A stretch of 64,000 bases of DNA from Armatimonadota bacterium (GTDB lineage: Bacteria > Armatimonadota > UBA5829 > DTLH01): contig JBDKUN010000028.1 in NCBI GenBank assembly GCA_039679675.1, positions 32,001 to 96,000 of the forward strand, in the 5' to 3' direction. Positions 38,136 through 49,754 of this stretch are shown in pieces (the first letter of the stretch is position 1; each line of letters starts with the position of its first letter). The notes under the pieces are model-generated. The model searched no databases, was not told the origin of the DNA, and saw only the letters and a program-made list of their open reading frames with translations. Made by a program: the position numbers and the translations under genes.

Positions 38136-38255
38136 CTGTTGACAACAGGCGCTAAAGCACCTGCCCTCCATATTGATCAGACTGTCGATATCGGTCTTGC
38201 GTTCCGTTTGAATACGGTTTATAGCATTATGCCATGAATTTTCAGCGATTCCGCG

Positions 38256-38284
38256 TTGACGGAGAGACAGACCTAAGGTATAAT
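38256..38284 (+). promoter_or_regulatory. sigma70 promoter of rpoZ
   Basis: TTGACG-N17-TATAAT. Confidence 0.7.
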
Positions 38285-38363
38285 TGTAAGGTTCAGAAGT
38301 TTCGCACAGCCGGGTATAACCGGCTGGTTCAGGAATCTCGGCAAGAGGTGATAATAGACCAAT

Positions 38364-38798
38364 ATGATTTATCCGCACGCAGATCGACTGGAGGACCAGG
38401 TCAAAAGCAGATATACACTGGTAGTTCTCGCGGCAAAAAGGGCGAAGCAGCTTCGTGACGGCGCTTCAAAGCTTATAGAGACAACTTCGACTAACCCGCT
38501 GACTATCGCGCTCGAAGAAATTGCAGCCGGTAAGGTGATCCCCGAAGTTGCATCACATGACGAAGTCCCGGCAAGAGCGATCGAGCCGGAGCTTGAAGCT
38601 GCAGCTGGTATGGAGACAGCCCAGGAAGAGGCCGCCGAGCTTACAGCAGAGGCTCCTTCGGTAGTAGACGAGGCAGCACGGATAGCAGAGCTATTGAAAG
38701 TGCCCGGTACGGACGAAGAGGCCGCCGAAGAGGAATCGGATACGGACACCGAGTCTGCATCCGAAGAGGAAGCCCAACCAGACCAGGCGGAGGAGTAG
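38364..38798 (+). CDS. rpoZ: RNA polymerase omega subunit with acidic C-terminal tail
   Basis: SRYTLVVLAAKRAKQL, PLTIALEEIAAG. Confidence 0.92.
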   Translation: MIYPHADRLEDQVKSRYTLVVLAAKRAKQLRDGASKLIETTSTNPLTIALEEIAAGKVIPEVASHDEVPARAIEPELEAAAGMETAQEEAAELTAEAPSVVDEAARIAELLKVPGTDEEAAEEESDTDTESASEEEAQPDQAEE

Positions 38799-38999
38799 CT
38801 TTTAGCTGTCATCTTTGACTTGCGAATTGCTCGAATGGATCAGTGGCCGGGCTCTGTCCCGGCCTTTCGCATACCCGGCGAGTCCTTTCCCGGCTGATAC
38901 TCTATAACCTGCCCCATGGGCGGGAGAGAATGAATTGAAGACAAATCTACGCAATATTTAGAAAGCCGATAGCTGAAAACTGTCGGCTTCACAGTTACT

Positions 39000-40148
39000 A
39001 TGGCAGAAAAAAGAGATTATTACGAAGTCCTGGGCGTCTCCAAGACAGCAACCCAGGATGAGATAAAAAAGGCATACAGGCGGCTTGCCAGAAAGCATCA
39101 CCCGGACGTGAATCCGGGCGATGACACGGCTGAAACCAGGTTCAAGGAGATCAACGAGGCGTACGAGGTCCTTTCCGACACCGAAAAGCGCGGAATGTAC
39201 GACCAGTTCGGCCACAGCGGGGTAAACGGAGGGGCTAACGGCTATCCGCCGGGTTACGGCGGCTTCTCTGTAGACTTCGGCGGCTTCGGAGACATCTTCG
39301 ATATGTTCTTCGGCACAGGTGCGCGCCAGACTGCGAGTGAAAGGCCGGTGGCGGAGCGCGGTGCGGACCTTCGTTACGACATCGAACTTACTCTTGAGGA
39401 AGCCGCGACCGGAGTCGAGAAGAAAATCAAGCTTTCCAAGCTGGAAACCTGTGAAGTGTGCCACGGCACAGGCGCAGCAGAGGGCAGTTCCGTCGAAACA
39501 TGCCCGACCTGCCACGGAGCAGGCCAGGTTCGCCAGCAGCAGCAGACTTTCCTCGGGACTCAGGTCAGGATAATTACCTGCCCCAGGTGCGGAGGAGTGG
39601 GACATATTATAACCAACCCCTGCAAGGAATGCGGCGGACAGGGCCGGGTGAGACGTGTCACCGAGAAAGTCGTGAGAATTCCTGCGGGCGTCGATGACGG
39701 CACGAGAATCCGCATCCCCGGAGGAGGCGAGGCAGGAACAAGAGGCGGCTCTTATGGCGACCTGTACATCGTCACCTTCATCAAACAGCATGATATCTTC
39801 GAGCGGCGCGGTGACGACCTGTGGCGTGAGGTCCAGATACCGTTCACACAGGCTGTGCTCGGCGCGACGATCAAAATAAAGACACTGGACGGCGAAGAGA
39901 ACCTTCACATAGACGCAGGCACTCAGCATGACGAGGTCTACACGCTTCGCGGGAAGGGAATGCCTGACCCAAGGAGCCACGGCAAAGGTGATCTGAACGT
40001 CGTGGTGAAGATAAAGATACCGACAAAGCTTTCGGAAGACGAGAAAAACCTGCTGAAGCAGTTTGCCGAGATGCGGGGCGAAGAAGTCGGCGGCCATGAA
40101 GAAAAAGGATTCTTTGAGAGAGTGAGGGACGCGCTGGGCGGAAAATGA
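39000..40148 (+). CDS. dnaJ: Chaperone DnaJ
   Basis: J domain HPD, G/F region, four CxxCxGxG. Confidence 0.97.
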   Translation: MAEKRDYYEVLGVSKTATQDEIKKAYRRLARKHHPDVNPGDDTAETRFKEINEAYEVLSDTEKRGMYDQFGHSGVNGGANGYPPGYGGFSVDFGGFGDIFDMFFGTGARQTASERPVAERGADLRYDIELTLEEAATGVEKKIKLSKLETCEVCHGTGAAEGSSVETCPTCHGAGQVRQQQQTFLGTQVRIITCPRCGGVGHIITNPCKECGGQGRVRRVTEKVVRIPAGVDDGTRIRIPGGGEAGTRGGSYGDLYIVTFIKQHDIFERRGDDLWREVQIPFTQAVLGATIKIKTLDGEENLHIDAGTQHDEVYTLRGKGMPDPRSHGKGDLNVVVKIKIPTKLSEDEKNLLKQFAEMRGEEVGGHEEKGFFERVRDALGGK

Positions 40149-41059
40149 GATGGGCTGAGATCGAGGTAGTTGTAACTGAAGAGGCGGCTGACCTGGTGGC
40201 CAACATTTTGATAGAGGAAGGATGCGGAGGGGCAGCCATAAAGGGTCCCTCCGTTCGCGCTTCGGGGCCTTATGAGCTTTCCGACCACCTTCCAACCGAA
40301 GGGCCGACAGTGCTTACAGCCTATCTGCCGGTGGATGACCGGCTGGAAGGAAAGCTCGAGAACATCTGTGACAGGGTGAGAGCTCTTCCAGAAACCGGAG
40401 TGGACATCGGACTGGGTGAGATCAACGTGAAGCGAGTCGATGAGGCCGATTGGGCGACTGCCTGGAAGTCTTTCTTCAAAGCGGTAGAGATTGGGAAAGT
40501 CCTCATCAAACCGAGCTGGGAAGATGTGGAAACGAAGCCAGAGCAGGTGGTTGTGGAAATCGACCCGGGAATGGCGTTTGGTACCGGAAACCACCCGACG
40601 ACCCAGCTCTGCATGCTCGCGCTCCAGAAATACATTAAAGGTGGAGAGAGAGTCCTCGACGTCGGGACCGGCTCAGGGGTCCTTGCGATAGCCGCGGCGA
40701 AGCTCGGGGCGAGTGAAGTCTACTCTACCGAAAATGACCCCGTGGCAGTGGGAGCCGCAGTCGAAAATGTACGGCGAAATGGGGTAAATAATAAGGTACA
40801 GGTGGAGCTCTCGGAGTCTCCATCGAGCGCGCCGGGGCCGTTCGATCTTGTAGTTGCGAATATTACGGCAACCATAATCCTTGGGATGGCCGAAGACATC
40901 GCAAACGCCGCAAAACCCGGCGGGCTTTTGATAACATCGGGCCTGATCGAGTCCAGATCGGACGAAGTAGCCGGAAGGTTCATGGAACTGGGTTTCGAGA
41001 TGGTCGAAAAGGGTGTAGATGACGAGTGGGTCATATTCGTGATGCGAAAGAAGCAGTAG
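40145..41059 (+). CDS. prmA: Ribosomal protein L11 methyltransferase
   Basis: [26 protein letters not shown]. Confidence 0.95.
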   Translation: MRWAEIEVVVTEEAADLVANILIEEGCGGAAIKGPSVRASGPYELSDHLPTEGPTVLTAYLPVDDRLEGKLENICDRVRALPETGVDIGLGEINVKRVDEADWATAWKSFFKAVEIGKVLIKPSWEDVETKPEQVVVEIDPGMAFGTGNHPTTQLCMLALQKYIKGGERVLDVGTGSGVLAIAAAKLGASEVYSTENDPVAVGAAVENVRRNGVNNKVQVELSESPSSAPGPFDLVVANITATIILGMAEDIANAAKPGGLLITSGLIESRSDEVAGRFMELGFEMVEKGVDDEWVIFVMRKKQ

Positions 41060-41084
41060 TTTTCATAGATTAATTTAGGTAGGT

Positions 41085-41998
41085 TATCTATCTTTGGGAC
41101 AGACAAAGTGAGCGTATATGATGATTCTTCTTTGGAGTGTGGAAGCGACAACTTCCACTTTAACTCATGATCGCATATGGACATATAGGAAGCGATAGCT
41201 TCCGCAGATTGAAGCAGATAGATTACTTACTTAGCCAAATTATAAGGGAATGCCGATAGAAAAGCGGAAGCTAATGCTTCCGCACTCCAAAGAGATCGGA
41301 GCAAAAATGATAAGTTGGCCGCATTCACCGGCACATGCTCTGGGTGAGCAAGGTGCCTACATTATAACTGCAGGCACATATCAAAAGCAGCACCTTTTTA
41401 GAGGCTCTGATCGTCTATCAATTCTACATAATAACTTGCTGAAGTTTGTTAAAGAATACAAATGGCAGTTGCAGGCATGGGCGATATTCAGCAATCATTA
41501 CCATTTTGTAGCTATGTCGCCGGAGGATTCGCTATCCCTAAGCGAAATGATAAAACGGCTGCATTCAGTGACGGCTGTAGAGCTGAATAGAATTGATAAT
41601 GCATCCGGCAGGCAAGTATGGTACCAATATTGGGATACTCATCTGACTTTCGAGAAATCTTATATGGCTCGCCTGAACTATGTGCATCAGAACCCTGTTA
41701 AACATGGTATTGTGCAGATAGCCAGTAAATACCCGTGGTGTTCTGCTCGCTGGTTCGAGGAAAAGGCAGATCCGGCTTTTGTTAAGGCAGTATCTACCTT
41801 TAAGACAGACAAAGTGAGCGTATATGATGTTTTTTATTTGGAGTGTGGAAGCGACAGCTTCCACTTTAACTCATGATCGTATATGTACACATATAGGAAG
41901 CGTTAGCTTCCGTAGGTTGAAGCAGATAGATTACTTATTTAGCCGAATTATAAGCGAATGTCGATAGAAAAGCGGAAGCATAGCTTCCGCACTCCAAA
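41085..41998. mobile_element. RAYT locus flanked by ~205 bp direct repeats carrying REP palindromes
   Basis: 41085-41291 is near-identical to 41791-41998; each copy has TTGGAGTGTGGAAGC..CTTCCAC and an inverted GCGGAAGC..GCTTCCGCACTCCAA. Confidence 0.85.
41307..41876 (+). CDS. REP-associated tyrosine transposase (RAYT, IS200/IS605 HUH family)
   Basis: AYIITAGT, NHYH (HUH), QVWYQYWD, YVHQNPVKHG, YPWCS. Confidence 0.88.
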   Translation: MISWPHSPAHALGEQGAYIITAGTYQKQHLFRGSDRLSILHNNLLKFVKEYKWQLQAWAIFSNHYHFVAMSPEDSLSLSEMIKRLHSVTAVELNRIDNASGRQVWYQYWDTHLTFEKSYMARLNYVHQNPVKHGIVQIASKYPWCSARWFEEKADPAFVKAVSTFKTDKVSVYDVFYLECGSDSFHFNS

Positions 41999-42000
41999 CT

Positions 42001-42756
42001 ATGTCAACCGAAAAACAGTTGCACAGGTTTTTTATAAGGGCTGAATGCTTTTCTGATGGCAAGGTCAAGATTGACGGGGCCGATGCAAGGCAGATATACA
42101 CAGTTCTGCGACTTGGCCCCGGAGATAAGCTCGCTGCCGTCGACGGAAAAGGCTGTATGCTCACCGTTCAGATATCCGAAATAAACGCGCTCGAAGTCGT
42201 CGGCGACGTAGTCGACACCTGCCCACTGGACACCGAACCTTCCATCAAATTGACCCTCGCAGCCGCCCTCCCAAAAGGAGACAAGCTTGAGTTTGTGATC
42301 CAGAAGGGTACAGAACTAGGGGTGGCGAAATTTCATGTAATATCGACGGCGAGGACGATCCCGAAAATTGCTCCCGGTAAAGTCGAACGCAAGCTTTCCC
42401 GGTGGAAAGCCATTGCAGAAGAAGCAGCGGAGCAGTCCTGCAGGGCAATCGTGCCGGAGATCGAAGGCATCACGGCTTTAGATCAGTTCATTCCGTCGAT
42501 AGCTGACTATGATCTCGCCGTCTGTTTCTGGGAAGACGAAAAAGAAACGGGGATCAAGGAAGTTCTGGCAAAGCACCGGTCTGTAAAAAATATTTTAATC
42601 ATTGTAGGACCGGAAGGTGGTTTTGAAGAAAAAGAAGTAAAGACGTTGGTAGCCGGTGGAGCCGTGACGGCATCTCTTGGACGGCGGGTCTTCAGATGTG
42701 AGACAGCAGCCATCGCCGCCTCGGCAATTGTCCTATATGAAATGGAGACACAGTGA
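42001..42756 (+). CDS. rsmE: 16S rRNA m3U1498 methyltransferase
   Basis: [30 protein letters not shown]. Confidence 0.94.
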   Translation: MSTEKQLHRFFIRAECFSDGKVKIDGADARQIYTVLRLGPGDKLAAVDGKGCMLTVQISEINALEVVGDVVDTCPLDTEPSIKLTLAAALPKGDKLEFVIQKGTELGVAKFHVISTARTIPKIAPGKVERKLSRWKAIAEEAAEQSCRAIVPEIEGITALDQFIPSIADYDLAVCFWEDEKETGIKEVLAKHRSVKNILIIVGPEGGFEEKEVKTLVAGGAVTASLGRRVFRCETAAIAASAIVLYEMETQ

Positions 42757-44363
42757 AAACTACTTCTAAAGAAGGTGAGCCTGTGAAACTGACTGAGGCG
42801 CCTGCGCCGGTAAAGCAGATTAGCTCCAAACAACAGCGTGTAACCGACAATTTAGTCCAGCTTCTGGACGTGCTGCCGTCGCACATACGGCAGTGCCTGG
42901 AGCAGCAGGAAGATTTGGAAGACCTGCTGGAGATAGTGCTCGACCTTGGGCGGCAGGCTGAAGCCCGCTTCCCACTTAGAGTCATAGACCTCTGCGATAT
43001 TCCCGTGACCGCCGAAGAGATAGATTACGTCGTGAGCCGTGTAGGCCAGTTCGGCAAGGACAACCGCGCGGGTATCGAAAGGACTCTTCACCGAATCTCC
43101 GCTATACGAAACCGCCAGGGAAAGATAGTCGGTTTGACCTGTAGAATCGGCCGCGCTGTCTACGGCACGATAGATATTATCCGCGATGTGGTCGAAAGCG
43201 GGAGAAGTATACTTCTCCTTGGGCGGCCCGGCGTCGGTAAGACTACAAAACTCAGAGAAGTTGCGCGCGTTTTGTCCGATGAGTTCAGAAAGCGCGTTGT
43301 CATAGTCGATACATCCAACGAAATAGCGGGCGACGGGGACATTCCGCATCCGGCCATCGGGCATGCCCGCCGGATGCAGGTCGCGACTCCCGATCAGCAG
43401 CACGCGGTTATGATCGAGGCTGTCGAAAACCACATGCCGGAGGTCATCGTGATAGACGAGATCGGGACGGAGCAGGAAGCTTTCGCCGCGAGGACGATAG
43501 CCGAACGCGGCGTCCAGCTTATAGCCACCGCACACGGCAATTCGCTCGAAAACCTGCTTTTGAACCCGACACTTTCGGACCTGGTCGGCGGAATTCAGAC
43601 GGTAACCCTCTCTGACGAAGAGGCGAAGCGCCGCGGTACTCAAAAATCGGTGTTGGAGCGGAAAGCTCCGCCCACATTCGATGTGGTTATCGAGATTATC
43701 GAGGTCGACAAGCTCGCGATACACCATGACGTCGCCAATGTGGTCGATAAGCTCCTTAGGGGCAACCCTGCGCGGCCTGAGATCAGGGTCCGAAACATCG
43801 AAGGCGAGGTCGAGGTCGTCCAGGCGTCAGAAATCGAGGCGAGGCCGACCGAAATTGCTCACCGTCTGGAGCATGAGCATCCTTCCGCGGCTCCAGGTAA
43901 GCCGCTTCCGGCAATCGTCAAGATATTCCCTTACGGAGTGAGCCGGAACAGGCTGGAGCGGGCGATACGCGAGCTTCGGGTCCCCGCTTACATCACGAAG
44001 GACACAACGGACGCCGATGCGGTCATCGCGCTGAAGGCCCATTACAGAAAAGAGCCCGCCAAACTGCAGGAAGTCGGCACGAGGCAGGTCCCGACATATG
44101 TTGTAAAGAGCAACACTTACGCGCAGATTGCAGGTGTGATGCGTGAGATATTCAACCTCGACGGCGGGAACGAAGAGGAGACGGCCTTGAGAGAGGCCGA
44201 AGAAGCCATAGAGCGGGTGCTGGAATATGGCGAGCCGCAGGAGTTGGCCCCACAAAACAGTTTCCTCCGAAGGCTGCAGCACCAGCTTATAGAAAAGTTC
44301 AGCCTGGCGTCTGAGAGCATCGGCACGGAGCCTTACCGCAGAGTCAGGGTCATAAAACCATGA
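42753..44363 (+). CDS. AAA ATPase with R3H domain (Ycf45/SpoIIIAA-like)
   Basis: [24 protein letters not shown]-terminal RRLQHQL. Confidence 0.88.
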   Translation: MKTTSKEGEPVKLTEAPAPVKQISSKQQRVTDNLVQLLDVLPSHIRQCLEQQEDLEDLLEIVLDLGRQAEARFPLRVIDLCDIPVTAEEIDYVVSRVGQFGKDNRAGIERTLHRISAIRNRQGKIVGLTCRIGRAVYGTIDIIRDVVESGRSILLLGRPGVGKTTKLREVARVLSDEFRKRVVIVDTSNEIAGDGDIPHPAIGHARRMQVATPDQQHAVMIEAVENHMPEVIVIDEIGTEQEAFAARTIAERGVQLIATAHGNSLENLLLNPTLSDLVGGIQTVTLSDEEAKRRGTQKSVLERKAPPTFDVVIEIIEVDKLAIHHDVANVVDKLLRGNPARPEIRVRNIEGEVEVVQASEIEARPTEIAHRLEHEHPSAAPGKPLPAIVKIFPYGVSRNRLERAIRELRVPAYITKDTTDADAVIALKAHYRKEPAKLQEVGTRQVPTYVVKSNTYAQIAGVMREIFNLDGGNEEETALREAEEAIERVLEYGEPQELAPQNSFLRRLQHQLIEKFSLASESIGTEPYRRVRVIKP

Positions 44364-44989
44364 CGGAGCGAGGTTTTTTCATATCGCTGGAGGGGCCGGA
44401 AGGGTCGGGCAAATCTACCCAGATCCGGCTCCTTGCGGCGTTTCTTGAAGATCAGGGATACAAGGTAGTAGTGACTGCCGAGCCCGGCGGTGACCCCGTC
44501 GCGCAGGAAATCCGCAAGATAGTGCTTCATAGCAAGACCGACATTGTACCTGAGGCGGAGCTGCTGCTGTACCTCGCAGCGCGCGCCCAGCATGTCCGGC
44601 ATATCATCCTCCCGGCCCTTCAAAGAGGGGAAATAGTCATCTCAGACCGCTTTGCGGACTCCAGTTTCGCATACCAGGGGTACGCGAGAGGGCTGGATCT
44701 CGCAACTCTTAAGGAACTGAACGATTTTGCGACCGGCGGGCTCATACCCAACCTCACACTCCTTCTGGATGTGCCTGTCGAGTTCGGTCTGGAGCGCCAA
44801 CAGGACAAAAACCGGTTCGAAGCCGAGTCCGTGGCGTTTCATGAGAAGGTAAGGGCTGGATTTCTTGCTCTTGCGAAGGATGAACCGAAGCGCTGGGCCG
44901 TGATAGATGCTACGGGGAGCATAGAAGAGGTCAGAGAACGGGTAGCAATTGCTGTAGAGAGCAGGTTGCTATCAAAAACTCTTACGTAA
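44360..44989 (+). CDS. tmk: Thymidylate kinase
   Basis: [26 protein letters not shown]. Confidence 0.95.
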   Translation: MTERGFFISLEGPEGSGKSTQIRLLAAFLEDQGYKVVVTAEPGGDPVAQEIRKIVLHSKTDIVPEAELLLYLAARAQHVRHIILPALQRGEIVISDRFADSSFAYQGYARGLDLATLKELNDFATGGLIPNLTLLLDVPVEFGLERQQDKNRFEAESVAFHEKVRAGFLALAKDEPKRWAVIDATGSIEEVRERVAIAVESRLLSKTLT

Positions 44990-44992
44990 TAA

Positions 44993-45021
44993 TTGACTCG
45001 GAATAAGTAAACTGATATAAT
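44993..45021 (+). promoter_or_regulatory. sigma70 promoter of tRNA
   Basis: TTGACT-N17-TATAAT. Confidence 0.75.
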
Positions 45022-45036
45022 ATCGCCGTTAGATAA

Positions 45037-45112
45037 GCGGGAGTAGCTCAGTTGGTAGAGCGCTAGCCTTCCAAGCTGGATGTCGCGAGTTCGAACCTCG
45101 TCTCCCGCTCCA
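45037..45112 (+). tRNA. tRNA-Gly (TCC)
   Basis: 76 nt cloverleaf GCGGGAG...CTCCCGC TCCA, anticodon loop CTTCCAA, TTCGAA T-loop. Confidence 0.95.
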
Positions 45113-45171
45113 TTTTTGTATCTGCTTTTTTTTGACTACTATATGACGCTGGTTGAATTGAGGTCTGCTCA

Positions 45172-45792
45172 ATGGTCAGAATGACACCAGTATTACTTAT
45201 CATAGCAGCCCTATGTGGCTGTAGCAAACCACACAAGCCTGTCTCCGATAAAGCTTCCGCTGACATGCCTCTTCCTGTGACTAACAACAGTCAGCCGAAG
45301 CTTACACTCAAGGCAGTAGCCAAGTTACCGGATGATACTCTAGAAGACGTGGCTACCACCAATACTTTTGACAAGGTAAAATGCGATGCTTCCACTGGGA
45401 AAGAAATGCTTGCTGCTTTGTCGCATGGTCAGAAGATCATATATATAACATCCACACTTGAGGGCGATGTGTTCAATGGAGGCTTCCACCAGTATTTTTG
45501 TAATACTGGCGGCCAATTTGCCATCGACGCTTTTTACGCCTACAAGGAGATCGGCGCAGTCAAGCATGCCAACCTGGTGGGGAGAGCTATCGTAGTTGCA
45601 GTCAAAGAAAAAGGATTACGAGACAGCATAAAGCAAAGCCAGAACCAACTTGAGGCTTTTGCCGCATCCTACAAAAAGACAGAGCTTGGCGAGCTGGATG
45701 ATGAATTCTACAGGCTGGAAGACGAAGAACCAGCCTGGCCGCTACGTGCCAAGTATATCAGGAAGCACGCAGATGAGTTCGTGGAGAAGTAG
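45172..45792 (+). CDS. DMP19/DUF4375 family lipoprotein
   Basis: Lipobox LCGC; EGDVFNGGFHQYFCN; ELDDEFY; YIRKH. Confidence 0.8.
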   Translation: MVRMTPVLLIIAALCGCSKPHKPVSDKASADMPLPVTNNSQPKLTLKAVAKLPDDTLEDVATTNTFDKVKCDASTGKEMLAALSHGQKIIYITSTLEGDVFNGGFHQYFCNTGGQFAIDAFYAYKEIGAVKHANLVGRAIVVAVKEKGLRDSIKQSQNQLEAFAASYKKTELGELDDEFYRLEDEEPAWPLRAKYIRKHADEFVEK

Positions 45793-45793
45793 G

Positions 45794-45840
45794 CCAAGCT
45801 GGATGTCGCGAGTTCGAACCTCGTCTCCCGCTCCATTTTT
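45794..45840 (+). repeat. att-like direct repeat of tRNA-Gly 3' half
   Basis: 47 bp identical to 45071-45117. Confidence 0.95.
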
Positions 45841-45894
45841 ATGTACCTGCCTCTTTCACCTTATTCAGTAGTAGTTTTCCGGGTAGCCTGTCAT

Positions 45895-46329
45895 TCATCG
45901 CTTAAGGGCGAGTACAATGACACCGCCGGCGACCATCGCGATTCCAATCCACTCACGAAACAGCGGCCGTTCGCCAAGAAACACGCAGGCAAAGATCGCA
46001 ACGAGCACCACACTCAGTTTGTCTACAGGCGCGACCTTGGAAGCATTGCCAGCTTGAAGAGCACGGAAGTAGCAGACCCAGGAAGCTCCGGTAGCCAGGC
46101 CGGAAAGACCAAGGAACACCCACGTCTTTGACGGCAGTGTAAAGGGGTTACGCCACTTTCCGGCAAACCAGATGAAGCTGGAAAGCACGACCATGATGAT
46201 TGCGGTCCGAACAAGCGTGGCCAGATCTGAATCGACTCCTTTTATGCCGATCTTTGCAAAGATGGCGGTGAGCGCCGCAAAGACAGCGGAGAGCACAGCA
46301 AGGTAAAACCAGTTAGTAGATGAACTCAT
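45895..46329 (-). CDS. EamA family transporter (single domain)
   Basis: FAALTAIFAKIG, SWVCYFRAL, VAPVDKLS. Confidence 0.88.
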   Translation of the reverse strand: MSSSTNWFYLAVLSAVFAALTAIFAKIGIKGVDSDLATLVRTAIIMVVLSSFIWFAGKWRNPFTLPSKTWVFLGLSGLATGASWVCYFRALQAGNASKVAPVDKLSVVLVAIFACVFLGERPLFREWIGIAMVAGGVIVLALKR

Positions 46330-46563
46330 TATTCCCCCATGCCGTAGATGGTTCCACGGTCCATTACAGAAGAGTTATACGGTATACAGTATACCACCGC
46401 AGCTCGATTATGACGGCAGAACAGCTTCACATGCTCAGCCGATTACGCAAGCGAATGAGTCGAGATTCGCCGTTCTTTTTTATCCTGCTGTGGGAATAGT
46501 ATTAGCAGTGGGGCGATTGTTGCGAGAAGATACATTGGCTTTGCACAAATCGAGGAGCTTATA

Positions 46564-49149
46564 TTGGCAAACGGCTTCAATATCAGAAACGTCAGAGGTC
46601 TATCCTATGACGAAGCAGACAGGATACTGAAGGAAGATGGGCCTAACGAGCTTCCGTCGGCCAAGCCCCGCAGCATCTTTGCTATCGCGGCTGAGGTTAT
46701 CCGCCAGCCGATGTTTCTGCTGCTGGTAGCTGGAGGGATCATCTATCTTCTGCTCGGTGATCTGCAGGAAGCCCTTCTTTTACTGAGCTTTGTGTTCGTA
46801 GTGATAGGCATCACGTTCAACCAGGAACGAAAGACCGAAAATGCGCTGCAAGCGCTGAGAAACCTGGCAAGCCCGCGGGCACGCGTGATACGCGGAGGCG
46901 AAGAAAAGCGGATCCCTGGCCGTGATGTCGTGCGCGGCGATTCAGTGATTATCGCTGAGGGAGATAGAGTTCCGGCTGACGGTGTAGTGATCTCATCTAT
47001 CAATCTTTCCGTTGATGAGTCACTGCTTACAGGAGAGTCAGTGCCTGTGCGAAAGACTGATTGGGACGGAAGCGCGGTTGCCCAGCGTCCCGGCGGTGAT
47101 GACGAGCCGTTTGTGTACTCCGGCACCCTGGTAGTCCAGGGACAGGCGCTTATGGAGGTCAAGAAGACCGGCATTCATACAGAAATCGGGAAGATCGGCA
47201 GGTCTCTTCAATCGCTTGAGGTTGAAAAAACGGCGTTGGAAATGCAGACAGCAAGGCTTGTCCGCAACCTTGCCATCGGCGGCGGCTTCTTGAGCGTCTT
47301 CGTAATCATTGCATACGGACTGACGAGAGGTAATTGGCTGCAGGGCATCCTCGCGGGGGTCGCGCTGGCGATGGCTATACTGCCGGAGGAGTTTCCGGTA
47401 GTACTCACGATATTTCTGGCCCTTGGGGCATGGCGGATATCGCGGCAGCAAGTGCTTACCAGGCGCATGCCAGCTATAGAAATACTCGGTTCAGCCACTG
47501 TCCTATGCGTTGACAAGACCGGAACGCTCACCCTGAACCAGATGTCAGTCGGCCAACTATATGCAAACGGCCGCCATCTGGCGCTAAAGCACGATGGCAG
47601 GCAGACTCTGCCTGAAGATTTTCACGCCCTTATTGAATACAGCATATTGGCCAGCCAGAGGGACCCGTTTGATCCGATGGAGAAGGCATTTCATAAGCTT
47701 GGAGATGAGTATCTGGCTCAAACTGAGCACATCCACAGGGACTGGACCCTTGTTCAGCAGTATCCACTCTCAAAAAAGCTGCTGGCGATGTCGCAGGTCT
47801 GGATGTCAACTACAGGGGACGATTTTGTTATAGCAGCTAAAGGCGCACCAGAAGCCATAGCTGATCTCTGCCACTTCGATGACAATCAGAAAAGCGAATT
47901 GTCCAATCAAATCAGCACAATGGCAGGGAGCAGACTGCGCGTTCTTGGAGTAGCCAGAGCACGCTTTACTAAGTCCGATAAATTGCCGGAAGAGCAACAT
48001 GACTTCTACTTTGAGTTTGTTGGCCTTGTTGGGCTGGTAGACCCAGTAAGGCCATCTGTCCCTGGTGCAGTAAAGGAATGTTACGATGCCGGAATCAAAA
48101 TAGTAATGATTACCGGCGATTATCCCGCCACAGCCCGCAATATCGCCTCGCAGATAGGTCTGGCCAACCCGGATTATATTATCACCGGCGATGGACTGAG
48201 CGCTATGGCTGATTCAGAGCTTCGCAGCAGGATAGAAGATGCCAACATCTTCGCCAGAATGGTTCCTGAGCAGAAACTGCGCCTTGTTCGAGCCCTCAAG
48301 TCAAACGGTGAGGTTGTTGCAATGACTGGAGATGGAGTCAATGATGCGCCAGCGCTTAAGGCATCGGATATCGGCGTTGCTATGGGCGGACGGGGCACCG
48401 ATGTAGCCCGCGAGTCTGCAGGCCTGGTATTGCTTGATGACGATTTCTCATCCATAGTCGCGGCGATAAAGCTTGGGCGCAGGATTTTCGACAACCTCAG
48501 AAAGGCGATGGCCTATATCCTTGCCGTCCATGTCCCGATTGCCGGTCTATCTCTTATTCCCGTGGTGGCTGGATGGCCGCTTGTCTTGCTACCTATACAT
48601 ATCGTATCTATGGAACTGATTATCGACCCTGCGTGCTCTATAGCCTTTGAGGCGGAGCCTGGGGAAGCCAATGTGATGCGGCGGCCGCCGCGCAATCCGT
48701 CGGAGCCTATATTCGACAGGCAGACTGTAGTCCTGAGCATACTGCAGGGCCTGAGTGTCTTGATTGTAAACTTAGGAGTCTTCATTGTGGCACGCGGCAT
48801 CGGGATGAATACTTCAGTCTGCCGGGCGATGACATTCACCACTCTGATCGTGGCAAATCTGGCTTTGATATTGACGAATGTCTCCTGGTCCAGAAGCATC
48901 ATCGCAACTCTTCGCTCAAAAAACCGGGCTATGTGGTGGGTTGTCGGCGGAGCTTTCGTCTTTCTGATACTCATCCTCTATGTGCCGTTTTTGAGACAGT
49001 TGTTTCGCTTTGGGTATCTCGATTTCGCCGAATTTATCATATGTGTATGCATTGGTCTAGCAAGTGTAGCCTGGTTTGAACTACCAAAGCTGGTATTTGG
49101 CCGCCGTGATAGCGGCCGAGGTAGACAAGGGTATTTACATCTACAGTGA
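46564..49149 (+). CDS. Cation-translocating P-type ATPase (type II)
   Basis: LTGES, PEEFP, DKTGTLT, KGAPE, MTGDGVNDAPAL. Confidence 0.94.
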   Translation: MANGFNIRNVRGLSYDEADRILKEDGPNELPSAKPRSIFAIAAEVIRQPMFLLLVAGGIIYLLLGDLQEALLLLSFVFVVIGITFNQERKTENALQALRNLASPRARVIRGGEEKRIPGRDVVRGDSVIIAEGDRVPADGVVISSINLSVDESLLTGESVPVRKTDWDGSAVAQRPGGDDEPFVYSGTLVVQGQALMEVKKTGIHTEIGKIGRSLQSLEVEKTALEMQTARLVRNLAIGGGFLSVFVIIAYGLTRGNWLQGILAGVALAMAILPEEFPVVLTIFLALGAWRISRQQVLTRRMPAIEILGSATVLCVDKTGTLTLNQMSVGQLYANGRHLALKHDGRQTLPEDFHALIEYSILASQRDPFDPMEKAFHKLGDEYLAQTEHIHRDWTLVQQYPLSKKLLAMSQVWMSTTGDDFVIAAKGAPEAIADLCHFDDNQKSELSNQISTMAGSRLRVLGVARARFTKSDKLPEEQHDFYFEFVGLVGLVDPVRPSVPGAVKECYDAGIKIVMITGDYPATARNIASQIGLANPDYIITGDGLSAMADSELRSRIEDANIFARMVPEQKLRLVRALKSNGEVVAMTGDGVNDAPALKASDIGVAMGGRGTDVARESAGLVLLDDDFSSIVAAIKLGRRIFDNLRKAMAYILAVHVPIAGLSLIPVVAGWPLVLLPIHIVSMELIIDPACSIAFEAEPGEANVMRRPPRNPSEPIFDRQTVVLSILQGLSVLIVNLGVFIVARGIGMNTSVCRAMTFTTLIVANLALILTNVSWSRSIIATLRSKNRAMWWVVGGAFVFLILILYVPFLRQLFRFGYLDFAEFIICVCIGLASVAWFELPKLVFGRRDSGRGRQGYLHLQ

Positions 49150-49368
49150 ATTGTGGTACAAACTAAGAAGTGGCGACTACAGAGTTTCAGGAGATAAAGC
49201 AACAGTCTTAAAGCTATATAAACAGTTCTTTGATGTAGCTATATCTATTGATTTTACACTTATACCTGAAACTCTTCCGGAAGATTTTCGGCAACAGACA
49301 ATATATGACTGGCTGTTAATTAATCAGCCGAAAATCTATAGGTCACAAACCCAGCCGTTAATACTAAT

Positions 49369-49642
49369 ACCGCCTCATACTCTGGCGGCATCTTTGAGAA
49401 AAGGAGGTAATCAGTTGAGTTCTGAAGACAGTGGTAAGCGTCAAGTGGAACCCCCGAGTTCCGATGACCCGGGACATCAATGTTTGATTCAACTCAAAAT
49501 CGATACTCCTTTTTGTGGTGCCGTTGGAGGGCTAATTCCCCGGATTTAACATCGAATTACCTTCTTTTTAGTGCCATAGGAGTATCGTGTGTGTCGGATG
49601 CTGCTGCATCCGGCGCGCTATCGAAAAATAAGAGGTGCTTCT
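49369..49642 (+). promoter_or_regulatory. Structured leader copy 1 with uORF 49415-49549 (44 aa)
   Basis: Paralogous to 50007-50257; AAAAGGAGG SD, TTG start, nested stems. Confidence 0.7.
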
Positions 49643-49754
49643 GCGGCTGAGTTTTGGACTGCTCCATAACACGGTCGGAAAAAGTTGCGTGCGTACGCCG
49701 CGCGCAGCCCTTTTTACTGATTTCGAAGTACCTCTAGAATCGGAGGATACTGAT

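Noticed and set aside
38800..38999. CIRCE element upstream of dnaJ
   Set aside because: No TTAGCACTC-N9-GAGTGCTAA found.
38958..40295. 445 aa minus-strand ORF
   Set aside because: Antisense shadow of dnaJ.
41085..41998. CRISPR array
   Set aside because: Only two long repeats plus REP palindromes; no repeat-spacer periodicity or cas genes in the window.
49076..49414. N-terminal 113 codons of ORF 49076-49549
   Set aside because: They overlap the ATPase end and lack an SD; the real start is more likely TTG 49415, mirrored in the paralogous leader.
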